DNA from: Octopus sinensis
Lineage: Eukaryota
Direction: 5' to 3'
DNA length: 64,000 nt
Assembly: GCF_006345805.1 (NCBI RefSeq)
Contig: NC_042997.1
Location: 35,030,001 to 35,094,000, forward strand
Part shown: piece by piece, positions 52,301 through 64,000 of the stretch
How positions within the stretch are numbered: position 1 is the first letter of the stretch
How the letters are laid out: each line of letters opens with the position of its first letter
Position numbers and translations under genes: made by a program
Notes under the pieces: model-generated
Seen by the model: the letters and a program-made list of their open reading frames with translations, nothing else
What the model was told of the DNA's origin: nothing
Database searches by the model: none

Positions 52301-53849
52301 TGTACATGCATTTGTCGGCCATCAACATTAGAACAGTTGCAATATATTACAGGTCGGTAGTTATTCAAATAGTGTGAGTCATTATTAATGAATTAAAATT
52401 GAAAGCTATCTTGGAAAATTAGATCAGTATGAGTTATAACGCATTTAAAGTTTGCGGCATGTAACCTAATATTCTAAATGCATGATTGAATATTACTAAA
52501 GGAAAATATTAAAAAGAGCGAAAAGTATGACATATGTTTCACCTTGGACATCAGTTCGATATGAATATACCTACAGTTGCAATGACCTTTAGAGTGTAGT
52601 ATTTAATCTATTTCAAGGAGTTGCTTTCGATATCACAGTTACTAAGAGTAATGAGGATGAATAAGTGCAAGTTTGGCAACATCTGATAATAGTTTCTGTT
52701 GTTGCTATAAGAATGATTATATTTGTCTCTATATTCAACGAAATTCTGAAATTTTGGTCGGTGGTATTTTAACACAAGTCTATTCATCTGTAAAATCAGA
52801 GCGTTGTAATGAAATTTCTTTTGAAGGCTGATTCATACAATTTTTTCTCTATTTCAATGAATTAAAATATCACTTCATTAATCAAGCACTTCAAAGGAAT
52901 AAAGTAAACTGAGAAACATGTTAACAATCTCAGGAAGAGGTACGAATTTGAATGTCGAAAATGATACGTAGTATACTGAAAAGAATAGAAACTAAGTGAA
53001 ACACAATGTACATACAATTTAAAAAGCTGTTAAAAAGTATATTTTCAATTAATTAAATTTTACGCAAGTGTTTCAAATTGTTAGATTGCTAGGTAGAAAA
53101 TAAGTAGTCTTGTTCTTTTAAAAATCTGTGTTTGCACAAAGTACTTCCGTGATTAATGCGAGGAGTTGTTAATGTATTTTATGTATCAGCGTGGCATTTG
53201 TCTATCAGTCAATTAGAAACGTTATTTTAAAGAGCTACAATAAAAATTCAAGTAAAAGTGTTAAGTCGTAATTAACATTAGCCCAAATAATAACACGGAA
53301 ACAAAGGGCGAGACACATGCCAACAATGGATACTCGATCAGTCTCTTAGAAGCAGCAGCCAAATATCTCACAAATCTTAACTGATCATCTTGGAAAAGAA
53401 CACCTTAAACAGCAAGATTTAGTGTTCGTTGTGAACAGGAAAAATATCAGTGTAATTACATCGCATGGGAGATTAAGAGGGTATTAATATTGTTGATTTC
53501 TACAACTAAAGGTAACAAAGGCTAAGTGAGCCAACGCTACTTTCATCAAGGTAAAAATAGATAACTCTTTATAGACGACTCTATCATTATTAAAAGGTAG
53601 TCAGTCATGACACCAGCATCACTAAAAATGACACCAATAATAATAGAGCAACTTTCCCGAGTACTGGGGCTGCTGCAGGAGGAAGAAATACAGGTAAGAA
53701 GGAAATCTAATAGGAGTAGGCAACATCACAACAATGCTCCCTAATCACTCATGGATAGAACCCATCAAAGCAACGTCAACTATCAGTCAAATGTTATAGT
53801 AAACAAGGCAGTGACCGAGAGAACAATTCCAATAACTGGTGATATATAA

Positions 53850-55225
53850 TAGAAGTAGGCATCTGGCGGTCTCGAAAGGCTATGAATCTGCGCCCGGAAG
53901 AAACGTGTTAGCTGCTGAATGGGGTGCTGCGTCTGCTGTGGCACTAGAGGCCCACACAGGAGTGGGAGTCACTCATACAGCGACTGTATTTGAAGTAGCT
54001 CTCTGCCGGTGTTAGAGTTTTTTCCTTCCGTCGATTGTGCTTTTCGTTGATGACGAGTTCCTGTTTTTCATTCTCTCGCTTCATCCCCTTTCGCAGTATT
54101 TGTCTCCAGGGTGGGCAATTATTTACGACATCCCATATCACGACGTCGAGATCAAGCGACTTCATATCTCTCTTGCAGACGTCCTTGAAACCAAGATGCG
54201 GTCGTCCTCGTGCTCTTGTGTCGTTGGCCAATTCTCCATACAAGGTGTGTGGGATCCTCCCGTCCTGCATGCGATGTACATGACCAAGCCAACGCGGACA
54301 ACGCTGTTCAAGCAGAGTGAGTATGCTGGATATCTTGGTTCAGTTGAGGCCTTCGGCTTTGGTGATGTGGTTGGATATCCAAGTTAACCATCTGAACTGA
54401 TATGAAAGTAAACACAATTATTTGATGTCTCAAATGCTTGTTTCAGCATGAGTGCAAAGAAGATGCTAAGCAAAGTGGGAGAATGCCCACAATCATGCTT
54501 CACGTCGCAACGTATGTTGAATGCTTCCGAGAAAGAGTCATCAAATTGAACAACGCTTTTCATATCTGCGTGAAATTATTGAACAAACTTGAGTAGACTT
54601 GTAGGACAGCCAATCTTGGCAAGGATTTTGAATAGGCCGTCTCTACTGACTAGGTCAAAAGCTTTTGTGAGATCAATCAAAGTGATGAAGTGTGTTTGCG
54701 TTTGCTCCAGACGCTTCTGTAGCGTCGAAAAGATATCATGTCGGTGGTAGAGCACACTGAGTTTCGGTGTATACCCTCTCAGCGAATTTTTGTAGTCTCT
54801 TAACAGCGAGATGCCTCGGTAATTATTGCAGTCGCTTTTGTCCCCTTTGTTCTTATATAAGGTGACAATGTTGCAGTCTCTCATGTTATGCAGGACTGCT
54901 CCCGTCCATCCAGCACTGACACATTAACTTCATTAAGTGGCTAAATAGAACTATTGCACATCTGATCTCTGGTGCGACGCCGCCCAAACACGGTGCTTTT
55001 CCAGTGAGCAAGCCATCAATGGCTCTGCTCAAGTCTTCAGCAATTGGCATTGTGTCAAGCTCTTCCATGACGGGTAGGTGTTCTGTAGTGTCTAGCGCGC
55101 TGCTCGAAATGCTGATTTCCTTGGCGTAGAGTTCGTACAAACCCTCACTTCAAGTGCTCCCTTTTGCTCCTGATGACTCCCTCTATTCTGGATTTGAATG
55201 GAGCTTTCTTGCTATGGGTCAGGCA
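53850..55225 (-). pseudogene. RTE-clade LINE fragment (RT) with internal deletion
   Basis: NIVTLYKNKGDKSDCNNYRGISLL; LIDLTKAFDLVSRDGLFKILAKIGCP; RWLGHVHRMQDGRIP...RARGRPHLGFKDVCKRDMK. The YADD-containing core is absent. Confidence 0.88.
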
Positions 55226-55669
55226 TAAATTCTGCGAATGTTGACCGTGTAAAACGACAGTTGGATATCTACACAAAGTTGTAAGCAGTAGTTATTTGTA
55301 CAGCGATAAAACAGTTGCTCCCTCAAAGCAATTTAAATAATATTTGGGATTTTGCGGAGGGTAAAAATTGGTAGCTGAAATAGCAGATTGAAAACAAACA
55401 GAAAGGTCTGCTAAGCCTAAACCAGGTTGTAGTGATGAACGCGTAAATCAAGCTTGGAAAGGAGGAAAACAAGAACACGTCTTCCTTGTTCCAGTTACAA
55501 CGGAGAGAAAGAAAGACACACAAGTTAGGAGAAGAAAGATGTCCGATGGTCACGTGCATTTACATATACATTTACGTATTCATACCTACATACTTGTATG
55601 TATATATATATATATGTACGTATACATATGTATGTATATATATATATATATATATATACATGCATATAT

Positions 55670-55860
55670 AGAGAGAAAGAGTTGAAATTTACCGACAAAC
55701 AAAAGGCTCAGACAGATGTAGGAACAGCAAGCTGGAATAATAGTTTGATACTCGGGAAAATGAAAGAGTCTTTTACGTTCCGAGCCTACGCTCTTCAACA
55801 AAATGGGATAATAGAAAATAAACAGAGAGTAAGAAAAGTAACTTGTTGATTTAGCGGTCA
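55670..55860 (-). mobile_element. Dispersed repeat with a degenerate hammerhead-like motif (Penelope-like)
   Basis: Minus strand 55804-55770: TTGTTGA-A-GAGC GTAG GCTC-GGAA-CG-TA-AAAG; 4-bp helix II intact, core mutated. Confidence 0.4.
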
Positions 55861-55869
55861 AGCATACAC

Positions 55870-56215
<346 letters not shown>

Positions 56216-56824
56216 GAACTGAATGTGTGTGTCTATTTATGTATGAATGTGAGGTAGCAATGTCCTGCACGCAACTATAACAGGATAGCAATATTGCTTT
56301 TGTCGCAACTAATGCGAGAACAATGATTTGGTTCTCGGATAAATGTCGTAAATGTTCCTAATAATTTGGTGCATTGTGTCTAATTGAATAGCACTGATTG
56401 GAAACGCGTACTTCATTGAGCTAAAACTAGAAAGAAATAATGGATGAATTGAAGAAATTCGATTACATAATTTGATTTTGCGGCTGAAGACGTGAATTAA
56501 AGTAACAAGGTGCTTATGCTTATTACTTTACCTCAAGCAACGCATAGAGAACTAACTAACTATAGTGAACTTTTGACTACATCGGCCTGCAACATTTAAG
56601 TTACTTAATGCTTATCAGAGGACTCGTCATTACTTTAACTTGCAGCGTATGTCAAATTGATACATTTACAATATGAGAAGTTTTATCCATTTTTCATTTC
56701 TATTTGCACAAATATATATATATATTAATCTCTCTCTCTACATATATATATTCATATATAAAGGTGTTTAAGGAGTTATACACCGAGAGGCGATATATAT
56801 ATATATATTTATATATATTATTAT

Positions 56825-56899
<75 letters not shown>

Positions 56900-57377
56900 C
56901 ACGCTGTCATATGAAGTGATATATCAAACAAATTTAACATTCAACCGAAGGATAACTTATTCCTTTTTTAATAGAGTATATGTTTATTTAGTTTTACAAA
57001 AAAAAAAAAGTAGAAAAAGAAAAAAAATACTTGAAAGTGATTTCCAATTAATTTTCGCAAACAAGAGGTTGAATGAGAGCTTAACAGCCATTATTACACT
57101 AACAGATGATTGAGAGTTGAAAGCATGGTTCTTTTGAACGTAGTGAACACTTTTCCGTGTAGTTCAAGTGTCCATACTCTTGTGCAGATTTACATGAGAA
57201 ACATTCAGTGGTCTAGCTTTTAAGGAAAGTTATTCGTTGTTGTGATTTTGCTTCTTTGTTTCCATGTTATTTTTTACTCTCTACACGGTTTTATTTAACC
57301 AATTCATTCCATCGTCCTCTAGTACTCTCTTGTAACGTCCTCAGTTTTTGTAAACTATTAGCGAGTAAAGCAAAATC

Positions 57378-57379
<2 letters not shown>

Positions 57380-57408
<29 letters not shown>

Positions 57409-57458
57409 ATCATTATTATCATTATTATTTTTACTACTACTACTATTATTATTATCAT

Positions 57459-57496
<38 letters not shown>

Positions 57497-57587
57497 TTAT
57501 TATTATTTTTACTACTACAGCTATTATTATCACTACTACTACTACTACTACTACTATTATTATTATTATTATTATTATTATCATTAT
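57380..57587. repeat. (TTA)n/(CTA)n trinucleotide array
   Basis: Directly visible. Confidence 0.95.
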
Positions 57588-57932
57588 CGAGTGAGAGAGC
57601 AGCATGCGCCATCAAAGGGCCGCTGGGTTTACAAGTATACCATTCCTAATGTAGTCATCAAGGCTATCCATCCGATACGGGTACACTAGGCATATGCTTT
57701 ACAACCATATGTGCACGACATGGTGACCTCATATTAAGATAAACTATGCATGATTTTTCAGGTGGGACCCAGTTATAATTTTCGTCAGGTCGAGTAGTTC
57801 CTCACGCTCAAAAGTTCACTGAATAAGGGTTGCTTAAGGAAGTTGAATGAAACACCGATGTTTCTACGAGTGAATTATTTAAACCACAAAATCTCCCTCT
57901 ATGATGCTGTCCCACTAATTCTGCTTGTGATC
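57588..57932 (-). mobile_element. Second, 5'-shortened copy of the non-coding TAA-embedded element
   Basis: Collinear with 34720-35080; flanked by TTA-type repeats. Confidence 0.75.
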
Positions 57933-57933
57933 A

Positions 57934-57970
<37 letters not shown>

Positions 57971-57971
<1 letters not shown>

Positions 57972-60900
57972 TTTTTTTTTTCTTGTTTCAAATTTGCTTC
58001 CATTTCTTGCCGAGTGTCTTCCCGACTCCTAGGGCAAAGAAACTCATAGTATTCATTGGTAGGCCATTAAACCAAACTCAGTAGTTCGTTCATTTTTTTT
58101 TTTTTTAAGTTAAATTAAAATACATGAGCAGCAACAGTTCTCACATCGAAAATGCTCTTCTCAATACGTGTGATGTACCAGTTAAGACAATCTTTTGCAC
58201 TTCTTGCAGGGATGGTAAGCCAGGGATCATTCTCATATAATTTTCGGTTCCCTTCTTGATCATTCCTAGTGCTCCTACGATCACTGGTATTGTAACCGCC
58301 TTGAGATGCCACATTTTCTCAATTTCAATGAGTAGGTCTTTATATTTTCTGAGCTTGTCAAACTCTTTCGCTGAGATATTATGATCACAGGGGATGCTCA
58401 TGTCGATCAATAAGCAAACTTTATTGTTTTGGTCTTTCACAACAATATCTGGTTTATTGGCCTTGATGGTTCGGTCTGTATGTACTGGAAAGTCCCACAG
58501 AATGGTTACATTTTCTCCTTCAGTTACAGCCTCGGGGTGGTGATTATACCACTTGTCGGCAGTTTTGATATTGTAATGCCGACTTATTAGCCAGTGGAGA
58601 TATTGGCCAACTCTGTCATGTCTTAATTTATACTCCACTGGGGCTAAGACTTTACATCCAGAGATTAGGTGGTCCACTGTTTCAATCATGTCGTTGCAGA
58701 ATCGGCATTTTGGGTCTGCTCCATTTTTCATCACATTAGCCTGGTAGTTCCGGGTTAATAGGCTTTGATCTTGAGCAACCAGGATGAAACCTTCGCTCTC
58801 TGCTTTTAGCCCTGAGCTCCGTAGCCACTGATGGGTTTGCTTCTGGTCAACATCAGCTTGTTTGCTGCGGGTCACATATTTGCCGTGCAGAAGTTTCTCC
58901 TCCCACCTATCAGCCAATTGCTCGTGCGCTTTTTTCATTGCCATCATTTTCACCTTCTTTGCAACAATAGTTGCCGTACTTCCCTCGGGTTGTTCAGTTT
59001 GGGTATCCTGCACGAGATCAATAGCAAATTTTTTGCTTTCCTTTATGATAGAATGAAGCTTATTTCGTCTCTCGTGATTTTCCACGAGCTTTAGCATCCA
59101 GTCATTCGATATTTCGAGATATTTGGCCAGTCCAATTGTGGTTGTTTTGTAAGCTAGTTCAAATTGGATCAGGCCTCGACCTCCTTGGGCTCTGGGAAGC
59201 TAAAGGCGATCTACGTCTGCCTTTGGGTGGTGCATCCTATTACAACTCAGCAGCTTGCGTATTTTTCTATCTATATTCTTTACTTCACTCATATTCCAGT
59301 TCAACACATTGTAGCTATAAGTAACAACTGGAACTGCTAAGGAATTTATAGCTAACACCTTGTTACGTGCATTTAGTTCAGATTTCAGGACTGCACGAAC
59401 TCTCCTATAACATTCCTTCCTGATTTTCTCTTTCATGCTTGCATGCTGAATACCAGAGCCTTCATTTATCCCTAGATATTTGTATGTTTGTTCTTGCTCA
59501 AGCTCTCTTATGACCGTGTCAACATCTAACACGACTGAATTTGTGGTCTTCACTTTCCCTTTCTGGAAAGTGGCCTTGGCACACTTCTCAAGTCCAAACT
59601 CCATCCCGATGTCATCGCTGAATGCTTTCACGGTGCGCAATAGGCCTTCAAGTTCATTATTGTCTTTACCATAAAGTTTTAAGTCATCCATATAAAATAG
59701 ATGGCTTATTTTTTTATTGGCAATTTTATACCCATACCCTGTTCTGTTTAATTCACTTGTAAGGGGTATTAGGGCTATGCAGAATATTAAAGGTGAAAGT
59801 GAGTCACCTTGAAAAATTCCACAGTTGATGTTTATATTTTCTGAGGCAAGTACTCCATTAGAGTGGTATAATTGGAGATTCGTATTCCACAACGACATAT
59901 TGTGCTTCAGGAAGTTTGAAATCACAGGGGAAATTTTGAAGATGTCCAGCGATCTCAAGATCCATGGATGCGGTATACTGTCGAAGGCCTTTTTATAGTC
60001 AATCCATGCGGTGCTGAGATTTCTGCGCTTGTTGTGACAGTCCTCAAGGATCATACGATTGATTAGCAGTTGATCTTTGCATCCGTAAGAGCCTCGGCGG
60101 CACCCTTTTTGTTCAATGGGGAAAATATCGTTCTTCTCCATGAATGCATATGTTTTCTCCGCCAGGATAGATGTTAGGATTTTATACGTGGTGGATAGAT
60201 AGGTTATAGGCCGATAGTTTTTTGGAAGGTTGGTTTCGTTATTCTTTGGGAGTAGGTAAGTAATGCCACTTGCTAACCATTCAGGTGTTTTCTTTGGGTC
60301 TCTCATAATTCCATTGAGCAGCTGAACTAGCTTATCGTGTGCGCATGGGAGCGATGCGAGCCAGAAATTCGGCACCCTATCTTTACCGCAATTATGGGCC
60401 TTCGTAAGTGCCTTTCTTAGGTCTGCTATTGTGATGTCTTCCCATGCTTGTTGTTGTAAATTTTGGTAGGATCCTTCAGTTTGTATAATCCAGTCTGCAT
60501 TTATGTTGTACGTCTTCTTGTCACTCCAAATCCTTTTCCAAAAGTTTTGAACTTCTTCCATGGGAGGGGGGGGTCTTTAACAGTTACTTTCTCCTTCCCT
60601 ATTTCTCTGTAGAATTTTTTGGCATTGGATGTGAACAGCTTATTTTGCTTGTAAAACTTGTTTCTCTTCTCAAATCTTCGTATTCTTTGGGCTTTTGCTT
60701 GGACTTTTTGTTTCAGCGTTTCTTTTATTGATATCAGTTCTTCTCTTGGTGAGGATCCAAATTTTCTCTTCATCTTTCTTCCTGTTCTGGATCTTACATC
60801 ATTTCCACATATTAGTTCATTTAATATTGATATTTCCCCTCTCATAAATTCAATCTCTTTTTCAATTTTACTTCTCCAGGTTTGATTTCTTCCCAGGTTT

Positions 60901-61359
60901 TGTTTACTTTGTTTTTTCGGGGGCATACAGCTGGTTTCAATTGCCCTAGCGGAAGCGGAAATAATTTCATTTAACTCAGTAAAATCAGGTTTTAATTCTC
61001 GTATTATTTCATTTGTTACATAGTTGCCAATTTGGATTTGTTTTTTATTTTGGTTTGTATTTGAGAGTTTATGAAGCGGTTCTATATCATTCATACTTGT
61101 ATGTCTTACAACTTCAAGCGTATTCAGGATTTTCTGCCTCATTTCTGCCATAGACTCTCTGTGTTCTTCAGCAAATGCGAGATCTTCAGTTACTATTGTT
61201 TTTTCGTTTTCCTGGCTATCTTTAACAGGTACAATAGAATTTCTTGTATCTTCAGGCCTTTGCGTACTTTGGTCAGATGGCAGTCTTTCAATTAAGCCTC
61301 GTGGCGGGCTATACTGTTCATCTGATTCTTCATTTCCTTTGTGTCTTATATTTATGTCA

Positions 61360-61360
<1 letters not shown>
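57971..61360 (-). mobile_element. R4/Dong-type RLE non-LTR retrotransposon (lineage 1), 3.4 kb, 5'-truncated, inserted in (TAA)n
   Basis: Single long RT+CCHC+RLE frame with 170-nt 3' UTR; both ends abut (TTA)n (57933-57970; 61361-61562). Confidence 0.95.
58141..61358 (-). pseudogene. RT-CCHC-RLE polyprotein with one frameshift (~60565) and one in-frame TAG (59200-59202)
   Basis: RT motifs NYRPIT, EQKGCR, WIDYKKAFDSIPH, GIFQGDSLSPLIF, HLFYMDDLKLYG, KYLG; zinc knuckle CRFC...HLISGC; RHD; KPDIVV...IDMSIP...KYKDL. Confidence 0.93.
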
Positions 61361-61405
<45 letters not shown>

Positions 61406-61520
61406 GTTATTATTATTATTATTATTATTGTTATTATTATTATTGTTATTATTATTATTATTATTATTATTGTTATAATTATTATTATTGTTATTATTAT
61501 TATTATTATTGTTATTATTA

Positions 61521-61562
<42 letters not shown>
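61361..61562. repeat. (TTA/TTG)n array between two retrotransposon copies
   Basis: Directly visible. Confidence 0.95.
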
Positions 61563-61563
<1 letters not shown>

Positions 61564-62126
61564 TTTTTTTTTCTTCTTTCAAATTTGCTTCCATTTCTTG
61601 CCGAGTGTCTTCCCGACTCCTAGGGCAAAGGAACTCATAGTATACAATGGTAGGCCATTAAACCAAACTCAGTAGTTCGTTCATTTTTTTTTTAGTTTTT
61701 AAAGTTAAATTAAAATACATGAGCAGCAACAGTTCTCACATCGACAATGCTCTTCTCAATATGTGTGATGTAACAGTTAAGACAATCTTTTGCACTTCTT
61801 GCAGGGATGGTAAGCCAGGGATCATTCTCATATAATTTTCGGTTCCCTTCTTGATCATTCCTAGTGCTCCTACGATCACTGGTATTGTAACCGCCTTGAG
61901 ATGCCACATTTTCTCAATTTCAATGAGTAGGTCTTTATATTTTCTGAGCTTGTCAAACTCTTTCGCTGAGATATTATGATCACAGGGGATGCTCATGTCG
62001 ATCAATAAGCAAACTTTATTGTTTTGGTCTTTCACAACAATATCTGGTTTATTGGCCTTGATGGTTCGGTCTGTATGTACTGGAAAGTCCCACAGAATGG
62101 TTACATTTTCTCCTTCAGTTACAGCC

Positions 62127-62127
<1 letters not shown>
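61563..62127 (-). mobile_element. Second, 565-bp 5'-truncated copy of lineage 1
   Basis: Near-identical to 57971-58533 (a few substitutions plus differences in T-runs); both ends abut (TTA)n. Confidence 0.95.
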
Positions 62128-62175
<48 letters not shown>

Positions 62176-62197
62176 CATTATTATTACTATTATTATT

Positions 62198-62720
62198 CAG
62201 TAGTTTTATTTTTATCAGGTGCGTTCACTGCACTACCGAGCGCAGCTCTGTGTGCCGTGCCTTGGGCATGTGCTTCGGTTTGTTGTGATACTCTTATAGT
62301 TAGTGTATTGAAAGTGTTTTACGTAGGATGTGTGCGGTGTCTAGTAGAGCTATTTTCTGTATGCTATATTCACTCGTTTGTCCTGGTGTTTTTGTTGTGT
62401 ATTTTTCTGAATATTTTTATCATACCTAATACGCCTATTATGATAGGAATTGTTTCTGGTTTTAGACTCCACATTCGTGATACCTTTATTTCCAGGTCTC
62501 TGTATATTGAGAGTTTCTCCATTTCTTTTAGAGACACGTTGTCATCTGTTGGTATTGATACATCGATTAGAAAGCATTTTTCTTGATGATCTCTGACTAC
62601 TATATCCGTCTTGTTAGCCTTATGTTTTGTATCTGTGTGTATTGGCATATCCCATAGTATGCTTGCTTTCTCATTTTCTTTGACCTTTTCAGAGGTCTAT
62701 TGCACTTGTGTGGCATGTAT
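62198..62720 (-). mobile_element. 5'-truncated R4/Dong-type element (lineage 2, same family as 45325-46164)
   Basis: 3' end CAGTAGTTTTATTTTTAT...ACTACCGAGCGCAGCTCTGTGTGCC matches 46100-46164; FLIDVSIPTDDNVSLKEMEKLS; follows (TTA)n at 62128-62197. Confidence 0.9.
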
Positions 62721-62724
62721 TATT

Positions 62725-63600
62725 TTACACTGAGTTGGTATTCAATGCCTGGTCCTGGAAAGCGATGATTAGGCTTTCAAAGAATAGATAAACATCTGCA
62801 CCAATCTTTTTCAGCCATGTTGGTAGCTGAGTGTTGATATTTCCAAGTGATCCAATTACTACTGGTATCACGTCTACTCTCAACATTGACCACAGCATTC
62901 GTATTTTCGACTTCAAATCGTCATAGTTGTTTATGTTTACTTCTTCCACATTGATCCTGTTGTCACCAGGGTATATGTCGATAACCTTACATATGAACAT
63001 CGCATCCCACAGGATTTTTCTGGGGTCTTACATGTTGATGTGCCTTGATGCTTGAGGAATCCTTATAATTATTTATTTTCAATTACAACATTCAGACCTT
63101 TTATATCTACATCATACTTCTTAATGTTTCCATTCATTCTTAATTTCTCCATTTCAAGTATTGAGACTACACTGTTCAAAGATTTTATATATTCAGAAAT
63201 TCTACTTTTCCTCTTCCGTCCATCGCTCAGTAGTTCTCAATCCTTTCCACCACTATCCTACAAACAGCCTTGATAAGATTAGTTGTTTCTGTGATGTTCT
63301 TTGTTTCAATGTGTTTCTTGACTTTACTCGTCTTTTGATGTAGTCCATTGGTTAGCCTTCTTAAAGTCACATATAAATTCTGTCCCCTCCGTATTTAATA
63401 AGTCCAGAATTCTGTCTATTATTAACCGATCTCCATTGTTTGAGTAGTAACTGATCTCAATTCTTTCACAGTTCACGATATCGTATTCTTGCAAGGAATT
63501 GTCCATCACTTCTCCTTTACCACTTTCGTTTCTCGCATGCACAGCATCACCCGATAACCTTCTTTTAATAGCTTTTTGCTCCAATTCTGTTAACCATCTA
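62725..63600 (-). pseudogene. Heavily decayed, rearranged R4/Dong-type sequence
   Basis: RWLTELEQKAIKRR near 63595; VDVIPVVIGSLG and ESLIIAFQDQALNTN near 62750-62870, in non-collinear order. Confidence 0.6.
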
Positions 63601-63778
63601 TTCTACTACCGGAGAACCCAAGTGGATGCAAATGGCGTGCCTATCAGAGGATACATAAAACGAATGCACAGTGAATGGAAGGCAAGGAAAATGTTTGAAA
63701 TTACTGAAGAGAGATTATGTAACCAAACAAGTGCAATACTAAAGAATGGATATTTAATAGAATTGAAGGTAGAAACGA
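63601..63778 (+). pseudogene. Inverted Myb-like N-terminal R4/Dong fragment
   Basis: YYRRTQVDANGVPIRGYIKRMHSEWKARKMFEITEERLCNQTSAILKNGYLIEL; followed by (ATT)n(GTT)n. Confidence 0.75.
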
Positions 63779-64000
63779 TTATTATTATTGTTGTTGTTGT
63801 TGTTGTTTTTGCTATTGTTGTTACTATATGAATTTGACGTAGAAAGGCGTACTTTTTTTTTCAGTCTTTATAATCTCTTCTTTTAATGTGTGTAATTGAA
63901 GGGAAAATATATTTTGCATATCTCCTTCTAAGATCGCTTCTGCAACGTATTGAGTTATTTCTTCTTCAGCAATAGAGAGAGTGCTGAGAAAGAGAGAGAG

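Noticed and set aside
56391-56414. CTGATTGGAAACGCGTA (GAAA + CGCG palindrome + TA)
   Set aside because: Core is incomplete (no GA, no helix II) and helix I does not pair.

Overview
AT-rich, microsatellite-dense eukaryotic DNA with no recognisable host protein-coding gene. It is most likely an intron or intergenic region of an octopus-like coleoid cephalopod; I infer this from recalled repeat families, not from a search. Almost all interpretable sequence is mobile DNA. (i) Three tRNA-headed SINE families (my labels A, B, C) in many copies. (ii) A complete but dead Tc1-type DNA transposon (31416-32971) with 30-bp TIRs, TA TSD, DD36E spacing and a SINE in its first codons. (iii) RTE-clade LINE relics. 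(iv) At least four lineages of R4/Dong-type restriction-like-endonuclease (RLE) retrotransposons stacked in (TAA)n microsatellites at about 34-35 kb, 45-47 kb and 57-64 kb, always co-oriented with the repeat strand. One is a 3.4-kb near-intact copy, and a non-coding element shares the same target. The least expected signal is a set of minimalist type I hammerhead ribozyme motifs with palindromic helix III in unrelated non-coding repeats: core intact at 8265-8340 and 47523-47560, degenerate at about 16.7, 29.3 and 55.8 kb. These are Penelope-like or retrozyme-type motifs. Other oddities: a CCA-bearing tRNA-Trp 3' end fused to a LINE-like fragment, a possible twin-priming inversion in an RLE element, a SINE dimer inside one perfect 20-bp TSD, a perfect 44-bp palindrome, and inverted SINE pairs. 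Most ORFs in the supplied track are microsatellite artefacts. All alignments and folds were done by eye.
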